Of a stretch of 64,000 bases of DNA, positions 1-9,887 are shown one piece after another. The position numbers and the translations under genes are program-made. The notes under the pieces were generated by a model that was not told the DNA's origin, made no database searches, and saw nothing but the letters and a program-made list of their open reading frames with translations. Where the stretch lies: the NCBI RefSeq assembly GCF_004010195.1, contig NC_057718.1, forward strand, positions 23,662,532 through 23,726,531, written 5' to 3'. The DNA is from Chiloscyllium plagiosum. Taxonomy: Eukaryota. Position 1 is the stretch's first letter. Every line of letters starts with the position of its first letter.

Positions 1-536
1 ACCACATCTACCGCTTTCCCCTCATCAACCTCCTTCGTCACCTTTTCAAAGAATTTCTCGCCTCCACAAAACCGCCTATCTGTGCCCCTAACTATCGAGT
101 CCCCAATTACTACTGCTCTGCTCTTCTTCACCCTTCCCTTCTGAGTAACGGGGACAGGCTCCGTGCCAGAGGCCTGAGCCCCATTACTTACCTCTGGTAA
201 GTCGTCCCCCCCACAAGTATCCAAAACGGTATACTTGTTCTTGAGGGGAACGGCTGCAGGGGGTCCCTGCACTGGCTGCTTCCTCCCAGTCCCCCTCACT
301 GTCACCCATCTGTTTGCAATCTTTGGAGTTACTACTTCCCTAAAGCTCCGATCTATGACCCCCTCTGCCTCCCGAATGGCCCTAAGTTCATCCAACTCCA
401 GCTCCAGTTCCCTAACACGGTCTTGGAGGAGCTGGAGATGGGTGCACTTCCTGCAAGTGTAATCAACAGGGACGACCATGGCATCCCTCACCTCAAACAT
501 GTTGCAAGAGGAACATTGCACTGCCTTCACTGCCAT
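1..536 (-). CDS. CR1 ORF1::RT in-frame fusion ORF, open to the window edge (3'-partial)
   Basis: Hand translation MAVKAVQCSSCNMFEV...RAVVIGDSIVRGTDRRFCGGE-K-FFEKVTKEVDEGKAVDV with no stop. Absent from the ORF track, presumably because it lacks a stop inside the window. Confidence 0.8.
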   Translation of the reverse strand, partial: MAVKAVQCSSCNMFEVRDAMVVPVDYTCRKCTHLQLLQDRVRELELELDELRAIREAEGVIDRSFREVVTPKIANRWVTVRGTGRKQPVQGPPAAVPLKNKYTVLDTCGGDDLPEVSNGAQASGTEPVPVTQKGRVKKSRAVVIGDSIVRGTDRRFCGGEKFFEKVTKEVDEGKAVDV

Positions 537-650
537 CCCTCTAAAAGTAACCTTTCAAAAAAAAACTAGGTCTAAAGAATAGAACAAGCAAAATGCAGCA
601 CTTGCCTATTTACCACAACGGAACTTATTAGGTTAGAGGTTAGATGCCTT
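1..650 (-). mobile_element. CR1-clade LINE 5' end (5'UTR + ORF1) with internal deletion joining ORF1 to the RT region; continues beyond window start
   Basis: Minus-strand translation from ATG at 536 gives CSSC...CRKC zinc finger, LQDRVRELELELDELR coiled coil and VVIGDSIVRG (SGNH-esterase GDS motif typical of CR1 ORF1). Bases 1-55 are the exact reverse complement of RT sequence 31995-32049. Confidence 0.9.
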
Positions 651-944
651 CCCTTGATAGGAGTGTAATTTTCCCATTGTAGTTACTGTTGGTTAGTTTC
701 ATGGTATCTGGTCTGCCACAGTCTAGCGTCAAATTTCTGACATAATCTTCCGCTCTTCATTATGCAACCCAGCACTTGGGTGCATTTTTGTGGGAATCGG
801 ATTGTCGGAGTGGCTGGAAGTATTGAGACTTCCCAGTGTACATAGCTCTCATTTAAAGCTATATTTAAAAACAAGCTTCACCTCACTTTAGCTGCTGCAA
901 GCCAACGATGAGCTCTCACACTGTGCTACTCAGGCCTAATCATT

Positions 945-1165
945 GCAGATCTGACCCAGAAGGAAGGCAAGCTAGGTGCCCACTTCCTGGATGGAGACCT
1001 GAAGGGTGGAGGAGATGAGGGCAGTCCCTTTCCTGGTTGACTGTCACTGGAGGTGACACCATCAGACCAAGCTGGCCTGGCCAAAAATAATAGCCCAGGT
1101 CAGTGCACTGTCCCAGGTGAGGTTGGACACCCAGCAGTGCAGAAAGATGATGAATGCTGATACCT
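945..1165 (+). pseudogene. Decayed Myb/SANT-like (trihelix) DNA-binding ORF, probably the accessory gene of a PIF/Harbinger transposon relic
   Basis: With one frameshift and one stop it reads GKLGAHFLDGDLK/VEEMRAVPF...HQTKLAWPKIIAQVSALSQVRLDTQQCRKMMN, matching the F..DL..L / AW..IA..V / R...QCRK..N pattern of Myb/SANT-like domains. Confidence 0.55.
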
Positions 1166-3507
1166 TCTCCGCAGTTATCGTGCACCCCAAGTGCCACTAT
1201 TCACTCGAACTCTGCCACTGCATACACATCACACCAAGAATCATGGAGTACACCTCTCAGTATTGCAGGTACTCTATCCACTGAACAGCCCTCACCCAAT
1301 TCATCCTTCAGAACTATTGACCTTTCCACTCACTGGGAACATCTCAATTACCTGCAATTCCTGCACTGCTTGCACTTGACCTAAAGGACTAACCTGGTCC
1401 AATCTCTGGACCGCAAAGGTTGGATTGCCGGGCTGTGGTAAGACAGAGTGCCTGACTGATTGACTGTGGCCAGTCTCCTGGACTGGAATCGAATGAATTG
1501 TGTCAGTGCCCCCCTGACTGCCTGGCACCATGTTTCACTTCCCATGCTCTCCTTTTGACTTTTACACATGATCCTTTGGGTGAAGCGCATGCAATATTTT
1601 TGCTGCCAGTGTGCCATTGCTGGTGCATGGTGCCACACAGCGACGGGCATCATTGATTGTTCAGTGCTTTAAACCATGACAAAATGCCTGCCTGTTCCTC
1701 TGTGATGAAAAGCAATTCAGGCTACAGAGGCTGGAACTCTGTAACTGAGCACTAACAACCTTGCGCATTGAGACAGCAATGCGCACGATACAGAGTCTGT
1801 CAGGCCCAAAGGCAATGCTGAATTCAGCAAGTGTATGCTAAGGAAGTAATGTGTAGGAGACAGAGGCTGGTTGCATCCACAATGTGAGTGAGTACAGAGG
1901 GAGCAAGCTAAGAACCATAAGGTACACCCTGTGCAGATGCATGAGGTGTGTGTTCATATCCCTGAGTGACTGGCAGAGGTTTGCAAATCATAGGTGTCCC
2001 TGAGCTCCAAAGTGAAATGTTGAAGAGTTATAATGGTGTGAGAGTTATAATGGTGTGAGGGTTGGTCCCTTAGCAGGCATGGTTGAGGTGGGTGGGTTTG
2101 CCAGTGCCGACCTGTGTGGGTGAAGAGTCGAAGCAAATGTGACCATGGAGCTGCAGGCTTGTCGCTATGAGAAAGTAGTTGCCCATTGGTAGGGACTAGT
2201 TTTTGGAATCTCCTCTCAGGGCAGAAGATCTTATTAATGGCTGGGGTGAAGGAAATGTGGGTGGGGAGGAAGAGGAAAAATATAATTAGTACAGGTGATC
2301 CATCATAGCTGTCGATTAATAAGTATTAGGCTAGCTGTCTCATTGATTTAGGAGAAGTGGATATGGTCACAGTCAAATACCTTCACAGTGCTCCCTATCC
2401 CCACCACAATGTATGAAAGCAGGGGTGCAAGTGTTGCCTGGTGGGGCCTGTTTTCCTCCAGTGTTCAGAGGGAACCTTGGGCTTGATATTATGTACTCAA
2501 CCCCCACCCCCCCCAAATCTTGGGCAAGGGTAGAACCAGTATAGGTGGGGTGCTCAGTCCACATTCCCACCCACTCTGAAGTTCACCCCCAAACAGAGGG
2601 GCTGCGGTTACCTGAGTGAGCAGCCCATCCATGATCTGTAAATAACCGATAAAGGGTTCACTCAGCTTCCTAAAAGATCAATTGACCCTGAGATTATGCT
2701 GCTCATGCCAACATTTCCTGTTTCCAGTTGCTTATCTTAATCAATGCTTTGCCAAAGCACAGAAAACAACGCCTTTCATATTCCCAGTCTTTCTTGAGGT
2801 CTCCATATACCTTATGAAATGATGCGTGGCTATACAATAATGCAAATAGACACAAGTGTCACTTTGTTTCAGTGAAATAACTTTTTTTCTAGAAGGCTGG
2901 AAGGTGGATCTCATCACTGAAGTAAAAAATTAATATTTGAAACCATATATCTTTATGATGATGTAAAGAGAAAGGTTCTTTGTGTCTTGAAGCAAACTAC
3001 CTGATATACTGAGCAATATCGACTATTTTCAATCTAATGATTGTGATAATTGCGTGGCAGTTGGATGCTGACAATTGGCAAGTGGCCAAAATAGTATGGG
3101 TCAATGCAGAAAAATTACTCCAAGACCAGCTTCCCATCTTCCCAAATGTTCTTCAGTTTCTGCTGCTGGGAGTGAACATTTCAAAATTGATGAGGGCATG
3201 ATCAGACATAGTTATCATTCACTCACTTCTCCATTGGCAGTGTGAATCTGTTACCTTTTCTAAACGCATGATTTCTGAGCATTTGCTCATGGAGAAAATA
3301 AACATCAGACAACTTCCAATAAATCAGTTGACCTTGCGAGGAATACCCTGTCTTCCCACAAAGGTATAATTCATCAATTCCTTCACAATTTGTTATCCAT
3401 TGTAAAATGCTAAATACATAATTTTAGATTTGATGATCGGAAAGCTAAGTTGGTTACTTTGATGACAAAGGTTTGTGACAAGTCCTGAGTCCCTGTAGCA
3501 GCAACTC

Positions 3508-3970
3508 TGCGTTCAACTCTGGTCTCCCTGCTATGGGAAAGATGCTGTTAAATTTGAAAATGTACAGAAACGTTTTGCAAGATTGTTGCCAGGGTTGGGT
3601 CTGAGGTACAATAGGCTGGGGCTGTTTTAGAGTGTCAGAAGATGAGGGGTGACCTTCTACAGGTTTATAAAATCATGAAGGACAAGGATAGGAGAATCCA
3701 AAACTCGAAGGCACGGGTTTAAAATTGAAAAGGGACCTAAGGGACAACTTTTTCCACACAGATGGTGGTGCATGTACATGTGGAATGAGCTGCCACAGGA
3801 AGTGATGGAAGCTGGTACAATTACAACGTTTAAAAGGCATCTGGATGGGTATATGAATAGGAAGGATTTAGAGGGATATGGCCAAATATTGGCAAATTGG
3901 ACGAGATTAATTTAGAATATCTGGCCAGCATGGACAGGTTGGACCTGTTTCTGTGCTGTGCTACTCAATG
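3508..3970 (+). mobile_element. CR1/HER1 LINE 3' fragment, decayed
   Basis: Relic of QFWSP..KD..LE.VQ.RF.R, RGDL..VYKIM.G and WNELP.EV motifs plus the 3' UTR shared with other copies in the window. Confidence 0.85.
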
Positions 3971-3986
3971 GTGATGCAGCGCTCTC

Positions 3987-4305
3987 ATAGAGTCAGAGTC
4001 ACAGAGATATACAGCATGGAAACAGACCCATTCAGTCCAACTCGTCCTTGCCGACCAGATATCCTTCCCCTAATCTAGTCCCATTTGTCAGCACTTGGCC
4101 CTTATCCCTCCAAACCCTTCCTATTCATATACCCATCCAGATGCTTTTTAAATGTTGTAATTGTACTAGCCTCCACCACTTCCTTGGCAGCTCGTTTCAT
4201 ACATGCACCACCCTCTGTGTGAAAAGGTTGCCCCTTAGGTCCCTTTTGTATCTTTCACCTCTCACCCTGAACCTATGCCCTCTAGTTCTGGGCTCCCACA
4301 CCCCA
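3987..4305 (-). mobile_element. CR1/HER1 LINE 3' fragment
   Basis: Reverse complement of the same 3' end (catagagtc... tail); closely matches 20790-21100 and 59197-59500. Confidence 0.9.
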
Positions 4306-4313
4306 AATTGACT

Positions 4314-4355
4314 TTTCTCGCTCGCTCTCTCGCTCTCTCGCTCTCTCTCTCTCTC
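4314..4355. repeat. (CT)n/(CTCG)n microsatellite
   Basis: Direct reading of the sequence. Confidence 0.9.
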
Positions 4356-6158
4356 GTGGGATTCTGATGTGGAGTCAGCCTGATCACAGAATGACTTGAA
4401 TGTGACGTGGAATCAGCAGGGTACATAGCTCTCCCACCTTTCCAGAAATCCACCTGAAGGAGGATAGTGACAGCCACAGTGTTATGTTCAGTGAGGAATC
4501 CCAGAAGTGATTTATTTGATGAAAAGAAAGGAAGCTTCCAATGAAACAGCACATCTCTTTGTGGATGCACAGAATTGAAGGTGCTATTAAACCAAGTGTC
4601 TGGCTCAGCTGATCCTATAAAGTGAAGAACAGCTTATAACCAGAAATAAAAATAGAATCGCAACCTTAAAAAGAGTGACAACGAAATTCATCTTTGGCAA
4701 ACACTTGTTGAAGAATATGATTGTCCATCGAGGAGTTTCTGTGTCATTGGTGAAGGATTTTTTGCGGCTAAGCCCAATCCAAGAACCACATCTCCAACCA
4801 CACGCTTGGCAAATGTTTCTGAAGGTGGAAGCAATCCTTGCCCTTGAGACTTCTGGCATTCCTTTCTCCATTTCCTTTTCCATACTTATTCCTGACAACA
4901 ACTGACAACTGAGCTAATCTCTAAATGAAAGTATTTCCATTTACATTGCACTTTGTGCAATTGCAGGACATTGCAAAGCATTTTTACAGCTAATGAAGTC
5001 TTTTGCGGACAGTTCAATGTGCAATACTGTTGTATATTTTACCTCAGATTTAAGCAGCGATGACACTAGTTTTTGTGCATGCAACCGGTTTTATTCACAA
5101 AGCTTTAAAATGTCTTCTCCGTGCTTCAAGCTCCAACTTCTCGATCTTTCTACAACTTGTTTACTTTCCTACGAGTCCACACCCAGTCCATACCCAGCAC
5201 AGTAAGCACCAACACAAAACAAATTCACTTAGAGGAATAAAAGCATTGAACATGGCAACTGCCATTGCAGTGATTGTAATGAGGTCAGCTAGGTGGATCT
5301 CATAGACTGATTGGGGTTGTTATTAAGTTCCAATCAGGAAGCCCTGGTTGATAGATAGAAACAGGAGTGATTGCCACAGGGAGTGGAGTGCATCATTACC
5401 TGCCCTGCCCCGGCACGACAATGCCCCTGCGGCCATGCCAGCATCGCCCCGGCGCGGGAACCCTGACCCCCAAACCCCCAAACCTGTACCTGATCCTAAC
5501 CCCACTGACCCCACATCCACCCCCCACCCCGATGGAGAAACCCCTCGGGCTTCAACACCTGACCCTGGCGCCATGACACCTGGCCCGCGGGCCCCTGAGC
5601 CCGAATCCCGCCCCACCCAGCCACACCCCGGCACTAACCTGGGGGGATCCACCGCTGCCCCACAAAAAAAGAAAGAAAAAAAAAGAAAAGAAACAGGAGC
5701 GTTCGGACAAGATGTTAGCAAAGTTATTGTTATGGCACATTGTATCTCAACTACGTCGCAAGCAATTAGATACCTGGAAAATCATGAGTGATCCACGGTT
5801 AATGGACTACAGACCAGCAAGATGCAGTTGGGAGCACAATTAGATCAGCCATGGTTTTCTCAGATGGAGGAGTAGACTTGATAGACCAATGGTCTTAATT
5901 ATGCTCATAAATCCAATGTCCTAACTCATTCGTGAACTAAGTTCATTGCTTGAATCGCCAGAGTATAGATACATGGAAAAGGCTTAACATTGTTAAAATA
6001 AAAGAATGGTTCTACTTCCTAACAATGCTTACTTGGAAGTCATGTTCTGGTAGGATATTTACTACTTCAGATGGAAACCAAAATAGCAACAAGTTACATT
6101 GATTCTTAAAACTGAACAGATAATAAACTGTATTAATGAAAAAAAAGAAACAGGAGTG

Positions 6159-6350
6159 TTTGATTTAATCACTGCTCTCCCCTTCACTGTTTGTTCACTC
6201 AGCTTTGCCCTTTGATGAGAAGTGCAGTGCTTGTCACTGGCCTCTCGGGTGTTTCCTTTCTGCCTGGTGGTGGAAATTGAATAAAGATTTGTACACCTGT
6301 TGTCTTTCACTGTGTCTCACACCTGCACACACACAACATGGGGGCTGGGG
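6159..6350 (+). mobile_element. Tx1-clade LINE 3' UTR fragment (short copy)
   Basis: Homologous to 7117-7298 (…tgcttgtcact…ctcgggtgtttcc…ggtggtggaa…aaagattt…cacacacaacatgg). Confidence 0.8.
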
Positions 6351-6450
6351 AAAATATATTTTTAAAAATATAACCAGGAGGTTTAGAGTCTCCTCAGTTT
6401 AGGGAGCTGACTCTATGCTAACTGGGCAAAACAAAATAGAAGCAGGAGTG

Positions 6451-7307
6451 TCCCCCACAACCTGAACCGCCTCCAGAGTTTTAGTTTTTCTGGTTTTAGG
6501 GATATAAAATGGCGGGCCTTGTACAGACTGCTGCTGAACATCATCCACCTCTTTTCTCTCATCCACCGCCCAGACACACCTTGGCATGACCATTTACCAC
6601 CGGGCAGTGGGGATCCCCAATGGAGGGCTCTCTACACGAGAGTCTTCCCCCTTTCTCTCAGGGATCTGGGTGGAGGGTGCTGCACGCAGCGGTCCCCTGC
6701 AACCGCAGACTGCTTGTTCCGTTGTACTGTGGAGTCCGTGGACCATGTATATATAGGGTGTGGGTGTTTGCACTCCCTTTTTGATTTTCTTAAAAACCCC
6801 CTCCTCTGTTTTTGGTTGCACTTCAGTCCCATGCTCCTGATCTTTGGGCATTTGGTGCAGAGGGGGGAGGGCAGGTCTGAGGATCTCCTCGTGGGTCTGC
6901 TCCTGGGCCTGGCCAAACTGGCCATAAACAGGTCCAGGCAGCAAGCCGTGGAAGGGGTTGTTATGGCCGATTGCCTGCCCCTCTTCCGCGGGTATATCAG
7001 AGCCCAGGTGTCCCTGGCGAAGGAGCACACTGTGTCTGCCTTACTCCCTTGTGCTGTTCAGGAAGAGGTGGGCGCCGCAGGGAATGGAGTGTATTGTTTC
7101 CCCCTCCAACTCTACTTTGAATTAATCCCTGCCCTCACCTTCACTTTTTGATCATGCAGCATTGCCTTTTCTCGAGAAGGGCACTGCTTGTCACTAGGCC
7201 ACTCGGGTGTTTCCCTTCTTTTGGTGGTGGAATATAAGTAAAGATTTACACACTTGTTGTCCTTCACTGTCTCCAACACCTGTACACACACAACATGGAA
7301 AAGAAAA
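6451..7307 (+). mobile_element. Tx1-clade LINE, 5'-truncated (ORF2 C-terminal zinc-binding region + 3' UTR + A tail)
   Basis: ORF 6519-7151 has PQWRALY, DL(G)WRVLH (frameshifted), C..C..ESVDHVYIGC (zf-RVT-like), FWLHFSP.LLIFG and LLGLAKLAI..SR, typical of Tx1/L1-group ORF2 ends. Confidence 0.8.
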
Positions 7308-7831
7308 GAAACAGGAGTGTCCAATCACTGATAGGCAGTAGTCTGGGGTATAAATAAAAAGAAAAAAATGTATAACCATGAGATGGATCAGTTTAAATAA
7401 AAAACAAAGAGATTTAGAATCTCTTCAGTTGAGTGAACTGGCCCTGTTCTGGCTGGGCCACAGTCAGTATGTTACTGCTGCTGTTGGTCTCCTACTAAGG
7501 AGAAGTTTTTTTCTTTTCCCCCTTGTCGAAGATAGACCTTTTGGTTTTTGGTTTTCTTTATTGTTTGTTGTCTTTGTTTTTCTGGGTTTCTTTCTGTTTA
7601 AAAAAAAAAGGAAAAAGAAGGAACACTAATGTCAGAGATACTGACCCTCTGGGAGTTGACTCCGCTGAGGCTCTACCATAGTCAAGAACTTACCACTTGT
7701 ATATAATAGATGATTTGGTGACAGGATACCAGCCTCTCTGGAGTTCTTTCAATGGCGATGCAAGTAAGCACATACTGAAGAAAGTGGCTTGCAACAGTTG
7801 TGTTTGCGTTGGGGTGAGCATTTCTGGCATC

Positions 7832-8400
7832 ATGCCATTATTTGGGAAGCTTGACTCGTTTGATCGTGCCGTCGAAAACTGGGCCCAGTGTATGAAAAGA
7901 ATGCATTTTCTTTTAGGGCAAATGATATCTAGGCAGATGAAAAGCAATGGGTAATTCTCTGACAGCTCGTGGACCCACAGCTTTTTGGGTTATCAGAATT
8001 CTAACTTTCCCTGAGGCACCAGATACTAAAACCTTTCAAGAATTGATGGATTTAGTTGAGGAATGTTATGACCCCAAGCCTCCTCTAATTCTGAGAGGCT
8101 GTTGTGTTTACTTGGCAATTCAAGAACCAGGAGAATCTGTGTCCTGATTTTTGAAGAGGTTAAGATGACTGGCAGAGGCAGAGGCATGGGACATTGTTTA
8201 ATCTGTAATGAGATGCTGAGAGACCATTTGGTATATGAGGTTAATGACGTAACTATGCAGAAACATCTAGCTGCAGCCCAACTGGACTTCAAACAGGCAT
8301 CACAACTGGCAGCAAGTAGAGCATATGAGTTACAAGGTATTCCACGGAAATGGACATCCTCAGACTGAGTTTGGGGAACACCACCTGGCTGAAGGCAATT
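7832..8400 (+). pseudogene. gag: Gypsy gag relic
   Basis: MPLFGKLDSFD..VENWAQ, PEAPDTKTFQELMDLV...YDPKP and NEMLRDHLV....D..MQK.L across frameshifts. Confidence 0.75.
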
Positions 8401-8430
8401 GCATAGCCTCACTCAGGACATAGCCTATCA

Positions 8431-8512
8431 GAAGTCACATGACACCAGGTTATAGTCCAACAGGTTTATTCAAAATGACAAGCTTTTGGAGCGCTGCTCC
8501 TTTGTAAGGTGA
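8431..8512 (-). mobile_element. Short Penelope-like terminal fragment inserted in the Gypsy element
   Basis: acaccaggttatagtccaacaggtttatt...ggagcgctgctcc, same as 17157-17240 and 35445-35530. Confidence 0.75.
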
Positions 8513-8679
8513 CTTGAAGCTATTGTAGTTGCTGCTCGTACAGTATGCGGACATGAGACAGTGAAGGAGTCCCAATAGAATTAAATAGAGTGAAAGAACC
8601 CATAGGCCGGTATCCAGGAGAGTGGACATCCTGGAAAGCTCACCTCAATCTGGTGTGGAACAGTTAAATTGCTTAGCAA

Positions 8680-9880
8680 CATCCAACTTAGAACCAATCA
8701 AACTATATGTCTGGTTAAATGGTCACCCGGTTCTAATGGAGGTTGATACTGGAGCAGCTGTATCAGTGATCACAGAGCCTGTCTTAACAAATTTTACTCT
8801 GGATACCAGCCCTCAAATTTGTGCAAATCCTTGGCTGGACTAGAGAACTTATACTTTACCCTTTACAGATTAATGTTACAGCTTCAGTTCCAGTCTCTGA
8901 TGAGAAGCAGCTGATTCAGTTACCACTGATTGTAGTAAAAGGCCCAGATCCAAGCTCGATGGAGTAAAATTGGTTGAGAAAAGTTCACCTTGATTGGCTC
9001 AACATTTTTTCAATTAGCAAATAGCTGCCTGAGCAGAGTCCGAATTGAATATCCCGGACGTTTTTCAGGAAGGTCCAGGGACTATCAAAGGAGCCAAGGC
9101 ATGTTTATGAGGAAGCAATTCCGCGATTCTGTAAGGCCTGCCCAGTGGAGTTTGCCTTATGAAAAAAAGTTGAGGCAGAAATCAGGAGGCTGGAAAGCGA
9201 AGGAATCATTGAACCTGGTTCAGTTTGTGGAATGGGCAGCATCAGTCGTATTGATTATGCTGGGTCAATTTGCCTATGTGGGGATTTTAAACAAATGGTA
9301 AACTGCTTTTCACAGCTGGATAAAGACCCAATCCCTCTCAAAGAGGATTTATATGCAAAGGTGGCAAGGTGGGAGGTGGGGGGGATGGTGGGCGGGGGGA
9401 TGCGGGCGGGCAGTGGGCTGTCTTTCACTAGGTTGGACATGAGCCTTGCGTACCTGCAATTGCGGTTAGATGAAGATTCCTAGAAATATGCTCCAATTAA
9501 TACTCACAAGGGTTTGTACCAATATACAAGACTGCCATTTAGGTATCATCAGCCTGTGCAATTTTTCAGTGGACAATGGAGAATATTTTACAAGGTCTAC
9601 CCCAGGTCACCATTTATCTGGATAATGTGCTAATAATAGGGAAGACCAATAAGGAGCACTAAGAAAACTTAGTCCTTAGATATTTCTTCCAGGTGGGTGT
9701 CCACCTTTGAAGGGAAGAATATGTGTTCCAGGTGTCTGATGAGACCTACTTGGACTACAGAGTCAATATGATCAAATTACACAAGTTGAAAGATGAAGTG
9801 AAGATGATCAAAGGTGCCCCAGCTCTCACATTTTTACCAGAGCTTAGGTCTTTCCTTGGGCTGGTGAATTATTCCTCCAT
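8680..9880 (+). pseudogene. pol: Gypsy pol relic (aspartic protease + reverse transcriptase)
   Basis: LNGHPVLMEVDTGAAVSVI (DTG at 8745), VQFVEWAA.VV, GSICLCGDFKQ.VN, LDMS.AYLQL.LDE, INTHKGLYQYTRLPF, IYLDNVL and LRSFLGLVNY; many stops and frameshifts. Confidence 0.85.
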
Positions 9881-9887
9881 AGCACCA

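Larger units (their letters stand above)
5358..7632 (+). repeat. Array of repeated 12-bp target motif GAAACAGGAGTG separating A-tailed cassettes
   Basis: Motif at 5358-5369, 5690-5701 (GAAACAGGAGCG), 6147-6158, 6439-6450 (GAAGCAGGAGTG), 7308-7319, and a degenerate copy at ~7621-7632. Each internal copy is preceded by an A-rich run. Confidence 0.85.
5266..7751 (+). repeat. 5' LTR of the Gypsy element, split into 5266-5369 and ~7621-7751 by an insertion stack
   Basis: 5266-5369 aligns to 11383-11494 and 7629-7751 aligns to ~11492-11615 of the 3' LTR. Confidence 0.85.

Noticed and set aside
5358..7632. CRISPR array
   Set aside because: Repeats are only 12 bp and non-palindromic, spacers are 280-860 bp with A tails, there are no cas genes and the context is vertebrate; TSDs from retrotransposition explain it.
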